This document shows positions 56,227-64,000 of a stretch of 64,000 bases of DNA, piece by piece. Within the stretch, counting starts at the first letter, position 1, and the number at the start of each line of letters is the position of its first letter. Source of the DNA: Cytophagales bacterium (GTDB taxonomy: Bacteria; Bacteroidota; Bacteroidia; Cytophagales; UBA9547); assembly GCA_033765235.1 (NCBI GenBank), contig JANRIG010000022.1, positions 133,863-197,862 of the forward strand, read 5' to 3'. Made by a program: the position numbers and the translations under genes. The notes beneath the pieces were generated by a model. That model made no database searches, was not told where the DNA came from, and saw only the letters and a program-made list of their open reading frames with translations.

Positions 56227-58383
56227 GTGAAAAAAAACAATACAAAATCGACCGGTGCACAATTTGGAGAACTCATGGCAAAGGTACAAAAATTTCTTGA
56301 CCGCAATTTTGATGAATCTTTTAGCCAAGACCAACTTTTCAAAATTATGCGGGGTCGCGAAAAAAAGCAATATTCAGCACTCACCACTGTGCTCGACAAA
56401 TTAGTAAAAAACGAAAAAATACAAGTACTGCCCAACAAAAACTACCAATCGCTCTTTACGCCACAAACTTTGATAGGTGTGATAGACCACGTAAATCCTA
56501 GATTTGCCTATCTTGTGAGCCCTGACTTGGAAGAAGACCCTATCATATACGCTCAAGACATGCACAATGCACTGGATGGCGATACCGTAAAAGTAATGCT
56601 GGTACCTTCTAAAAACAGCAGGAATAACGGCAGAGTCGAAGGCGAGGTATTAGAAATAATAGAACGCAAAAAAACAGAATTTGTAGGCAAAATACAACTC
56701 AACAAAAATTTTGCATTTTTGATACCTGACTCCAAAAAAATATTCACAGACTTTTATATTCCCGAAGGCAAAATAATGGATGCCAAAAACGGTGACAAAG
56801 TAATAGTAAAATTTACCCATTGGTACGATAATGATAAGTCACCCCATGCAGAAGTGATAAAAATATTAGGCAAATCAGGTGAAAATGAAGTAGAAATGCA
56901 CGCTATCATGGCAGAATTTGGGTTGCCGGTAGAGTTTCCCAATACAGTGACCGATGAGTCTGAAAATATTAGTGGCATTATTGACAATGATGAAATAAAA
57001 AAACGCCGCGACTTTAGACATATACTCACATTCACCATAGACCCTGCTGATGCCAAAGACTTTGACGATGCCATATCTATACAAACACTACCCAATGGCA
57101 ATACAGAAGTAGGCGTACATATAGCCGATGTGACCCACTATGTTGTGCCCGGCACCGAGCTTGAGCGTGAAGCAGCCAAGCGCGCCACCTCTGTGTATTT
57201 GGTAGACAGATGTGTGCCCATGCTGCCCGAAAAATTATCAAACGACCTTTGCTCACTCAAACCTAATGTGGACAGGTACACATTTTCTGCAGTATTTGAG
57301 ATGACAGACCAAGCACAAATAGTATCTGAGTGGTACGGCAAGACTATCATACACTCCGACCGCAGATACTCCTATGAAGAAGCACAAGAAATACTTGAAG
57401 GTGCTGAAAGTGAGCATAGCACAGTGCTGCTACATATCAATGCATTGGCAAAGATGCTTCGCAAAGAGCGCTTTAGAAATGGTGCCGTAAACTTTGAAAC
57501 AGTGGAGGTAAAATTTAAACTCAATGAAAAAGGTGAGCCGCTCGGAGTATTCCCCAAAGTGCGCAAAGATGCACACAAACTCATAGAAGAGTTTATGCTG
57601 TTGGCTAATAAAAAAGTAGCAGAATATGTGTTTAAACACAAAAACGGTAAAGAAAAAAACATCATGGTATATAGAATACATGATGAGCCCGACCCTGAAA
57701 AAATGAGAACATTTGCCAACTTTGCCCTAAGATTTGGCTACAAACTCAATGCCGACAGCAAACAAGTATCAAAAGAGCTCAATACCATGATGGAAGCCAT
57801 AGAAGGCAAGCCCGAGCAAAACGTACTCGAAAACCTTGCGGTGAGAGCCATGGCCAAAGCCAAATATACTATAAACCCTCTCTCACACTTTGGTCTGGCT
57901 TTTGAGCACTACACTCACTTCACCTCACCCATACGCAGATACCCCGATATGATGGTGCACAGGCTGCTGCAAATGTACCTCACAGACACCGTGAAAGCAG
58001 AGCTCAAAGACTATGAACAACGCTGCAAGCAAAGTTCTGAAATGGAAAAACTTGCCGCAGATGCAGAGCGTGCTTCTATCAAATATAAACAAGCCGAATA
58101 TATGACCAAAATGCTGGGTATGCAGTTTCAAGGTATCATCACAGGGGTCACAGAATGGGGCATATTTGTAGAAATAATAGAAACTAAGTGCGAAGGGCTC
58201 GTACGATTTAGCGATATGAAAGACGATTTTTATGACCTTGACATAGCCAACTACAGAGCCATAGGCAGAAAATATCATGTAATATTAAACCTTGGTGATA
58301 AAGTATTAGTTAATGTAAAAAATACAGACATGGAAAAACGTACCATAGATTTATTATTTATAGAAAAAGTACAGAATGCCTAA
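56227..58383 (+). CDS. rnr: Ribonuclease R
   Basis: 718 aa with cold-shock-like N-domains, an RNB catalytic core (DPADAKDFDDAIS, HFTSPIRRYPD) and a C-terminal S1 domain. GTG start as called; an alternative ATG lies at 56275. Confidence 0.9.
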   Translation: MKKNNTKSTGAQFGELMAKVQKFLDRNFDESFSQDQLFKIMRGREKKQYSALTTVLDKLVKNEKIQVLPNKNYQSLFTPQTLIGVIDHVNPRFAYLVSPDLEEDPIIYAQDMHNALDGDTVKVMLVPSKNSRNNGRVEGEVLEIIERKKTEFVGKIQLNKNFAFLIPDSKKIFTDFYIPEGKIMDAKNGDKVIVKFTHWYDNDKSPHAEVIKILGKSGENEVEMHAIMAEFGLPVEFPNTVTDESENISGIIDNDEIKKRRDFRHILTFTIDPADAKDFDDAISIQTLPNGNTEVGVHIADVTHYVVPGTELEREAAKRATSVYLVDRCVPMLPEKLSNDLCSLKPNVDRYTFSAVFEMTDQAQIVSEWYGKTIIHSDRRYSYEEAQEILEGAESEHSTVLLHINALAKMLRKERFRNGAVNFETVEVKFKLNEKGEPLGVFPKVRKDAHKLIEEFMLLANKKVAEYVFKHKNGKEKNIMVYRIHDEPDPEKMRTFANFALRFGYKLNADSKQVSKELNTMMEAIEGKPEQNVLENLAVRAMAKAKYTINPLSHFGLAFEHYTHFTSPIRRYPDMMVHRLLQMYLTDTVKAELKDYEQRCKQSSEMEKLAADAERASIKYKQAEYMTKMLGMQFQGIITGVTEWGIFVEIIETKCEGLVRFSDMKDDFYDLDIANYRAIGRKYHVILNLGDKVLVNVKNTDMEKRTIDLLFIEKVQNA

Positions 58384-59359
58384 AATATTTGACGTATCGC
58401 ACGCCCAAAACCTCATTAACGAGCAGATAAAAATGCTTGAAATGGGGCACAATCCTGCAGAGCTGTACGACCCCATTACCTATTTTTTGCATATTGGAGG
58501 CAAACGAATGCGCCCACTACTCTGCATGATGGGCTACTACTTATACAATGATGACTATGAATCTGTTGCAAAACCTGCCCTTATTACAGAACTTTTTCAC
58601 AACTTTACCCTCGTGCACGACGATATAATGGACAATGCACCCCTGCGCAGAGGCCAACCTACCATTCATGAAAAGTGGAACAAAAATATAGCCTTGCTGG
58701 CAGGTGATGTCACCTTTGTAAAAGCCTATGAGCTCTTTGAATATATAGACCCTAATATCAGATGGCAAATATTTAAGCATTTCAACACCACAGCCATACA
58801 GGTATGCGAAGGGCAGCAATATGATATGAACTTTGAAACCGTGCCACAAATATCTCTTGTACAATACCTCCACATGATACAGCTCAAAACCGCTGTACTG
58901 CTGGGCTTTAGTATGTGTATGGGTGCTGCTATGGCAGGTGCCAATGATACTGATAGCAACAATATTTATGATGCTGCTGTGAAAATAGGGGTAGCATTTC
59001 AGGTAAAAGATGATTATTTAGATGTATTTGGACAGGCACACAAAGTAGGCAAAAAACTCGGAGGAGATATTGTAGCCAATAAAAAAACATTTTTAGCTAC
59101 AAAAGCACTTGAAAAAGCAAATAAAGACCAAAAAAACGAGCTATTTCATTGGTTTCAAACCAAAAATCATGACAATAGCAGTAAAATTACACATGTCACA
59201 CAGCTGTACCTTGATTTGGGTATAAAACAAGAAACAGAAGATTTCATCAGCATACAGTTCAATGATGCCATATCCACCTTTGAAACCATGAATATTGCCG
59301 AACACAAAAAACAATTTATCATCCAATTTTTTAATTCGCTTATGCAGAGGGATAGTTAG
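58376..59359 (+). CDS. Polyprenyl diphosphate synthase (trans-isoprenyl diphosphate synthase family)
   Basis: First Asp-rich motif LVHDDIMDN and second VKDDYLD. Overlaps rnr by 8 nt. Confidence 0.85.
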   Translation: MPKIFDVSHAQNLINEQIKMLEMGHNPAELYDPITYFLHIGGKRMRPLLCMMGYYLYNDDYESVAKPALITELFHNFTLVHDDIMDNAPLRRGQPTIHEKWNKNIALLAGDVTFVKAYELFEYIDPNIRWQIFKHFNTTAIQVCEGQQYDMNFETVPQISLVQYLHMIQLKTAVLLGFSMCMGAAMAGANDTDSNNIYDAAVKIGVAFQVKDDYLDVFGQAHKVGKKLGGDIVANKKTFLATKALEKANKDQKNELFHWFQTKNHDNSSKITHVTQLYLDLGIKQETEDFISIQFNDAISTFETMNIAEHKKQFIIQFFNSLMQRDS

Positions 59360-59366
59360 TGAGTTA

Positions 59367-59424
59367 GTGATATTACATTCCGCGTCACTGCAAGGCACAA
59401 AGCAGTCTTATGAATAAATGAATA
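59367..59424 (+). repeat. Direct repeat copy R1 (~58 nt, relatively GC-rich)
   Basis: gtgatattacattccgcgtcactgcaaggcacaaagcagtcttatgaataaatgaata. Starts 8 nt after the polyprenyl synthase stop. Confidence 0.8.
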
Positions 59425-59569
59425 ATCTAATAATTTGAGAGTTATTTATTCTTCAATACATAAAATTTTAACTATAACTTTTATACTTTTATATCCTTTT
59501 TCAAGACAATACATGTACCAAAGACATATATTTTGTTATTAAGGTAAATTTGAATATTTTTGTATTGCA

Positions 59570-59725
59570 ATGAATGATAAACAAAAAGAAGAATTTGGAA
59601 AATTCTATTTTGATTTGGCAAAGTTGGTTTTTGCAGGGGTTGTATTATTCAACATTACAGAAATAAATCAACCTTTTAAATTATTTATAGTTATTTCAGG
59701 AATTTTTATTATAATATTGTTTTAA
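59570..59725 (+). CDS. Tiny putative membrane protein (51 aa, below the ORF-track cutoff)
   Basis: Hand-translated: MNDKQKEEFGKFYFDLAKLVFAGVVLFNITEINQPFKLFIVISGIFIIILF. Two hydrophobic segments. Confidence 0.3.
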   Translation: MNDKQKEEFGKFYFDLAKLVFAGVVLFNITEINQPFKLFIVISGIFIIILF

Positions 59726-59747
59726 TTGGTAAAAAATATTTAAAATA

Positions 59748-59867
59748 ATGTCTGGAGTATATTTATTTGCAATCATACTTTTATGTGCTGTCATAAACTA
59801 TATATATGTATTATACATAGAAAAAAAATATGGTCATCTCAAATATTTGACCCTCGCAGGCGTGTGA
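59748..59867 (+). CDS. Tiny putative membrane protein (39 aa)
   Basis: Hand-translated: MSGVYLFAIILLCAVINYIYVLYIEKKYGHLKYLTLAGV. One TM segment. Confidence 0.25.
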   Translation: MSGVYLFAIILLCAVINYIYVLYIEKKYGHLKYLTLAGV

Positions 59868-59883
59868 GAGAGTAAATTGGTGA

Positions 59884-59941
59884 GTGATATTACATTCCGC
59901 GTCGCAGCGAGGCACAAAGCAGCATTATGATTAAATGATTA
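59884..59941 (+). repeat. Direct repeat copy R2 (~58 nt)
   Basis: gtgatattacattccgcgtcgcagcgaggcacaaagcagcattatgattaaatgatta. Same orientation as R1, 517 nt downstream. Identical runs of 20 nt and 12 nt. Confidence 0.8.
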
Positions 59942-60006
59942 GGCAATCACTCTTAATGTTTCTTAATTTATTAATGGAAAATAATAACCAAATAGCATAA
60001 TTCACA

Positions 60007-60576
60007 CTACGCCTTGGTGATAGTAGTGCGCAGTATATAAAAACTCACTTCATCAGTCACTTGCTGAAACGAAAATTCTAATTTGTTGCCCGACTTACGT
60101 GCCATATCTATAAAACCCAATCCAGCTGTGCCCCTGTCAGACAACACTGACTGGCTCAACTCATTGAGATATAGCTCTCTGAGTGCTTCTTTATCAAGCC
60201 TGTTTATAAGTTCTAATTTGTTTTGTATAATACTGATAGATTCATTGGGTATTAAATTGCCTGAAACCAAAAAATAACCTCTTTCATCGCGCCCTATCAG
60301 AAATATACCATCTTCCATGTCATATTCTTCAGAGTCTATCTCATCGGCATGTTTTACAATATTTTGCAAACACTCTACCATTACATTAAATACGCGTTTT
60401 TTTACCAACAAATCTGTTTCCTGATTATTGAGCCTTTGCTCGGTGACAGATAGTATATTTTTGGTAAGCGTTTGCGTAAATCCACCTTCAAATCCAAAGA
60501 TGATATTATTTTTTTTTAGGTAATTGTGCATTTCATGCACATATTTCAAAGATGATTCAGTATAGGATTCAGACAT
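60007..60576 (-). CDS. SiaB-like / DUF6272-type GHKL ATPase-fold protein (anti-sigma-kinase-like)
   Basis: 189 aa. IIFGFEGGFTQ.., VFNVMVECLQNIVKHA, and GTAGLGFIDMARKSGNKLEFSF near the C-terminus match my recollection of the SiaB-family pattern. Confidence 0.5.
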   Translation of the reverse strand: MSESYTESSLKYVHEMHNYLKKNNIIFGFEGGFTQTLTKNILSVTEQRLNNQETDLLVKKRVFNVMVECLQNIVKHADEIDSEEYDMEDGIFLIGRDERGYFLVSGNLIPNESISIIQNKLELINRLDKEALRELYLNELSQSVLSDRGTAGLGFIDMARKSGNKLEFSFQQVTDEVSFYILRTTITKA

Positions 60577-60671
60577 TTATTATTATTAATAATGGTATGA
60601 TACGCAGATTAGGATAAAATTGTGTTAATTTTATATATTTTTTTTAATAAAAAGAAACATGTGTAAGAATA

Positions 60672-61442
60672 TTATTGAAATATATGCCCGGCTTGTACAT
60701 ATGCTTTCTGTTTTGCCCATTGTGGATGCAAGGCTACCACCTCTCCTATCATGATGATGGCAGGGTTGTCTATATTTGCTTCACGTGCTTTCACTGATAT
60801 ATCTGATACAGTGCCAATGATAAATTTTTCATTGGTTTGGGTGCCGTTTTGAATAATAGCTGTAGGTATAAGTGCTTTGCCTTCAGATATGAATATTTCA
60901 CATATCCCTTGCAGCCTGCTCATGGCCATGAGCACTATTACTGTGGCTGTAGACTTGGCAGCCCAGCGTATATCGTCTGATATTTGTCCGTCTTTGGTAG
61001 AGCCGGTAGTGACCCAAAAACTCTCGTTAATGCCTCTTGCTGTGAGAGGTATCATTTGTGCCTCAGGTACTGCTATAGCACTGGATATACCCGGCACTAC
61101 TGCTACAGGCAGATCAAATGCCTTGGCAATATCTATTTCTTCTTGTGCCCTGCCAAACACAAACGGATCCCCACCTTTGAGGCGTACTACATGACCATAT
61201 TTGTAGGCACATTCTATGATAAGTTGGTTTATTTGCGTTTGCGAAAACTCACATTTGCCCCTCCGCTTGCCTACAAATATTTTTATGGCTTCGGGTTTGC
61301 AATGTGAGAGCAATTCTTGGTTTGCCAAAGCATCATAAAGCACACAATCTGCATCATTGAGAGCTTTCACACCTTTGAGGGTTATGAGATCTGCATCCCC
61401 GGGACCGGCACCTACCAATGTAAGTTTTGAATCAGGCAACAT
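60672..61442 (-). CDS. cobA: Uroporphyrinogen-III C-methyltransferase (SUMT)
   Basis: LTLVGAGPGDADLITLKGVKALNDADCVLYDAL and VVRLKGGDPFVFGR motifs. The ATG at 61442 is preferred over the TTG at 61451. Confidence 0.9.
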   Translation of the reverse strand: MLPDSKLTLVGAGPGDADLITLKGVKALNDADCVLYDALANQELLSHCKPEAIKIFVGKRRGKCEFSQTQINQLIIECAYKYGHVVRLKGGDPFVFGRAQEEIDIAKAFDLPVAVVPGISSAIAVPEAQMIPLTARGINESFWVTTGSTKDGQISDDIRWAAKSTATVIVLMAMSRLQGICEIFISEGKALIPTAIIQNGTQTNEKFIIGTVSDISVKAREANIDNPAIIMIGEVVALHPQWAKQKAYVQAGHIFQ

Positions 61443-61789
61443 AAATATCAACTTTATTTACACAAAAATAGTGTTTTTTTTTAGTATTTGCGTAGTGATT
61501 TTTGTGTTTATTTAAAAAAATCATTAGAAATTTTGCTTAGAGACTAAAAACAATTGTTTTTACAAAAAAGTCAATATTAATGACATTAGTGCTATAAATG
61601 AATAGGAGAAAAATTATTCCGAGTTTTTAAACGCTAATTGCCCCTCATTGGTATTAGCGTCGCGCTGCCCCTCCTGCTTAGTACCTCGGATCTCGCACTA
61701 GCTATGATGATGAGTATGTAAGTGAATGAATAAATTACATCTTAAATCTTTAATCTTAAATTAAAAAATTTACCCTTTAAAATATCCTC

Positions 61790-63037
61790 TTATCCTCTCA
61801 CCTGTCCGGTGCCATGTACAATCCATTTGTAAGAGGTGAGCTCACTAAGTGCCATAGGTCCGCGTGCGTGCAGCTTTTGGGTGCTTATTCCTATCTCTGC
61901 GCCCATGCCAAACTGGGCGCCGTCTGTAAAAGCAGTAGAAGCATTGGCATACACCGCCGCAGCATCTACAGATTGCAAAAATAATTGTATATTGTCTTTG
62001 TTTTGAGATATTATACATTCAGAGTGCATAGAACTGTAGGTATCTATATGCTCTATTGCCTCCTGTATGTTGTTTACGGTCTTTATAGACATTTTATAAT
62101 CGAGAAACTCGGTGCCGTAGGAGTGCTCATCTGTAGGTTGTAAAAGCTGGTCGGGATATTTTCCGTGTAGGGTGCTGTATGAGTGTTCGTCTGCATATAT
62201 GGTTACATGGCTCTCAATGAGAGGTTCTACTAATTCATACAAATCGGGCAATCTGCTTTGGTGTACTATCAGGCAGTCGAGTGCATTGCACACACTCACA
62301 CGTCTTGTTTTCTCATTATTTACAATGGCTTTGCCTTTTTGCAGGTCAGCACTTTCGTCAAAGTAGGTATGCACTATGCCCGCACCGGTCTCTATCACAG
62401 GTATTTTTGAATGCTCACGTACATAGTCTATCAGGCTTTGGCTGCCTCTGGGTATTATCACATCTATATACCCATGGGCTTGAAGCATAGCTTCAGTAGC
62501 CTCTCGTGAGCCAGGTAGCAGTGTCACCATATTCATGTCCAAGTCATTTTTTTTGAGCACATGGTGTATGAGAGATGCTATGGCAGCATTGGAGTATGTA
62601 GCATCTGAGCCGCCCTTGAGCAGTGCGGCATTGCCCGACTTGAGACACAAAGCTGTGCAGTCAAAGGTCACATTAGGGCGAGCCTCATACACTATTCCTA
62701 CCACACCCAGCGGCACTGTTATCTTTTGCAGGTGTAAACCATTGTCCAATGTCCTATCTTCCAATGTTTTATATAGCGGTGTAGATAATTTTGATACTTT
62801 CACAAGGTCGTTACAAATATCTTGTAACCTTTTTTCTGTAAGCAGCAGCCTGTCATACTTGGGGTTGGCTTTGTCCATTAGAGCCAGGTCTTTGGCATTT
62901 TCTGTGAGTATAATATCAATATTGTCTAATGTATATGAAGCTATTTGGCGCAATACATCATCTATCCGTTCAGCTTTTATATGGCTAAGATTTTTTGAGG
63001 CTTTTTTTACTTGTTTGAAAGTATCTGTTATAGACAT
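61790..63037 (-). CDS. proA: Glutamate-5-semialdehyde dehydrogenase (gamma-glutamyl phosphate reductase)
   Basis: 415 aa aldehyde dehydrogenase fold with [17 protein letters not shown] and the catalytic-Cys region [11 protein letters not shown]. Confidence 0.9.
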   Translation of the reverse strand: MSITDTFKQVKKASKNLSHIKAERIDDVLRQIASYTLDNIDIILTENAKDLALMDKANPKYDRLLLTEKRLQDICNDLVKVSKLSTPLYKTLEDRTLDNGLHLQKITVPLGVVGIVYEARPNVTFDCTALCLKSGNAALLKGGSDATYSNAAIASLIHHVLKKNDLDMNMVTLLPGSREATEAMLQAHGYIDVIIPRGSQSLIDYVREHSKIPVIETGAGIVHTYFDESADLQKGKAIVNNEKTRRVSVCNALDCLIVHQSRLPDLYELVEPLIESHVTIYADEHSYSTLHGKYPDQLLQPTDEHSYGTEFLDYKMSIKTVNNIQEAIEHIDTYSSMHSECIISQNKDNIQLFLQSVDAAAVYANASTAFTDGAQFGMGAEIGISTQKLHARGPMALSELTSYKWIVHGTGQVRG

Positions 63038-63064
63038 ATATTAATATTAATTAGGATATTTATG

Positions 63065-63136
63065 TGGCTACGGCAGGAATCGAACCTGCATCTAGAGTTT
63101 AGGAAACTCCTATTCTATCCATTGAACTACGTTGCC
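63065..63136 (-). tRNA. tRNA-Arg (anticodon CCT), 72 nt, CCA not encoded
   Basis: Reverse complement: GGCAACG-TA-GTTC-AATGGATA-GAAT-A-GGAGT-TTCCTAA-ACTCT-AGAT-GCAGG-TTCGATT-CCTGC-CGTAGCC-A. Cloverleaf folded by hand. Confidence 0.8.
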
Positions 63137-63467
63137 AAAGGGTTTAAAAATAAGTTTGCAAAATTCATATATTGCAGCCTAATTTCCAATTTTTATATGA
63201 ATTTATCCAATTTGTGCTAACTGCCTCATTTTTTGACTATTTGTATTAGTTTTATATATTTTATACAGATAAAATATATTTTTTTTATCACAATATTATA
63301 CTTTTACAATTTATATTATCTATAATTGCCTATTATTCAATATTATTTGATATAGTAAAATATTAAATAATCAATTTATTATTACTCTAAACCCATATAT
63401 AACAATAATTTAACATTTGGATAATAGTAACTTAATATAGAAACACGTAATTTCAAAAAAATTTATA

Positions 63468-64000
63468 ATGAAGTGGACAGCCCAAATATTCATAGCCTCA
63501 GCACTCCTTATTTGCATGCCTGTATTTTCGCAGCTTATACAGGTAGAGTACTCAGGTGCCATAGGCCCCACAGACTGGACACGCGGCTGGACAAACTACA
63601 AACCTGTAGAAACTGACTACCCGCCTGCCAACACACTCATTCCCAATATGATTTCGACAAATACATACCTGTCTAAGCGTAATGTGTATTTGCTCAAAGG
63701 ATTTGTATACGTGGCCAACAACGCCACCTTATATATAGAAGCAGGTGCCATTATACGTGCAGACAGAGACTCCAAAGCCGTGTTGGTAATCACCAAAGGT
63801 GCAAAAATACGAGCCATAGGTACTGAGACAGAGCCCATCATATTCACCTCCAATCAAAACAAAGGTGAGCGCTCGCCGGGCGATTGGGGAGGCATTATGA
63901 TACTGGGCAACTCCGGTATCAACAATCCTAAAGGCTCTGCAGTGGCCGAAGGTATCCAAAATCCTGACCTTGGTGCCTATGGTGGCAGCGACCCGGAAGA
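63468..64000 (+). CDS. Secreted protein, 3'-truncated by the window edge (not in the ORF track because no stop lies in the window)
   Basis: ATG at 63468, then 177 codons with no stop. Signal peptide MKWTAQIFIASALLICMPVFSQ. YLLKGFVYVANNATLYIEAGAIIRA...EPIIFTS...GDWGGIMILG resembles a conserved Bacteroidota beta-helix-like secreted family. Confidence 0.7.
   Translation, partial: MKWTAQIFIASALLICMPVFSQLIQVEYSGAIGPTDWTRGWTNYKPVETDYPPANTLIPNMISTNTYLSKRNVYLLKGFVYVANNATLYIEAGAIIRADRDSKAVLVITKGAKIRAIGTETEPIIFTSNQNKGERSPGDWGGIMILGNSGINNPKGSAVAEGIQNPDLGAYGGSDPE

Noticed and set aside
61452-61789. Cobalamin riboswitch upstream of cobA.
   Set aside because: I found no B12-box-like (GCCACTG-type) element on the minus strand. 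The only structure is the GC-rich island reported separately.
63137-63467. Genomic-island or integrase junction next to tRNA-Arg.
   Set aside because: There is no integrase, no direct repeat of the tRNA 3' end, and no mobile-element ORF. It is just an AT-rich spacer before a secreted-protein gene.

Overview
The window looks like a chromosomal segment from an AT-rich member of the Bacteroidota. The lineage call rests on PorX, GldD, a DUF1573 protein, and two proteins ending in T9SS type-A C-terminal sorting domains. I saw no transposase, integrase, CRISPR array or rRNA.

Gene content, left to right:
- tyrS (5'-truncated) and gldD.
- A minus-strand block: rodA, mrdA, an orphan complex-I-type nuoH, a lipoprotein gene, then a tightly coupled six-gene cluster related to hydrogenase-4/formate hydrogenlyase (6833-14184).
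- trxA, folB and a DivIVA-like gene.
- porX.
- An XRE regulator divergent from a four-ORF secreted-protein operon that ends in a thermolysin-like T9SS cargo protease.
- lon, a DUF1573 gene and an FGGY-family kinase gene.
- An ABC ATPase gene with two membrane-protein genes.
- A PD-(D/E)xK-like gene.
- One 22.6-kb gene (30750-53363) encoding a 7537-aa secreted repeat protein.
- A GT2 glycosyltransferase gene, a MORN/YwqK-repeat protein gene, rnr and a polyprenyl synthase gene.
- A repeat-flanked mini-cassette.
- An orphan SiaB-like GHKL gene, cobA, proA and tRNA-Arg(CCT).
- A 3'-truncated secreted-protein gene that is not in the ORF track.

Most notable:
1. The hydrogenase-like cluster has substitutions at all [NiFe] and proximal [4Fe-4S] cysteine ligand positions. 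This is the pattern of an Ehr-type, apparently redox-dead, energy-converting module. Its small subunit is fused to a half-ferredoxin.
2. The giant T9SS cargo protein contains six [IPT-IPT-7-bladed FG-GAP propeller] super-repeats plus about 24 tandem IPT domains.
3. Several small non-coding structures stand out: twin covarying hairpins and a pair of ~58-nt direct repeats.

All calls come from reading the sequence and recalling family motifs. No database search was run.
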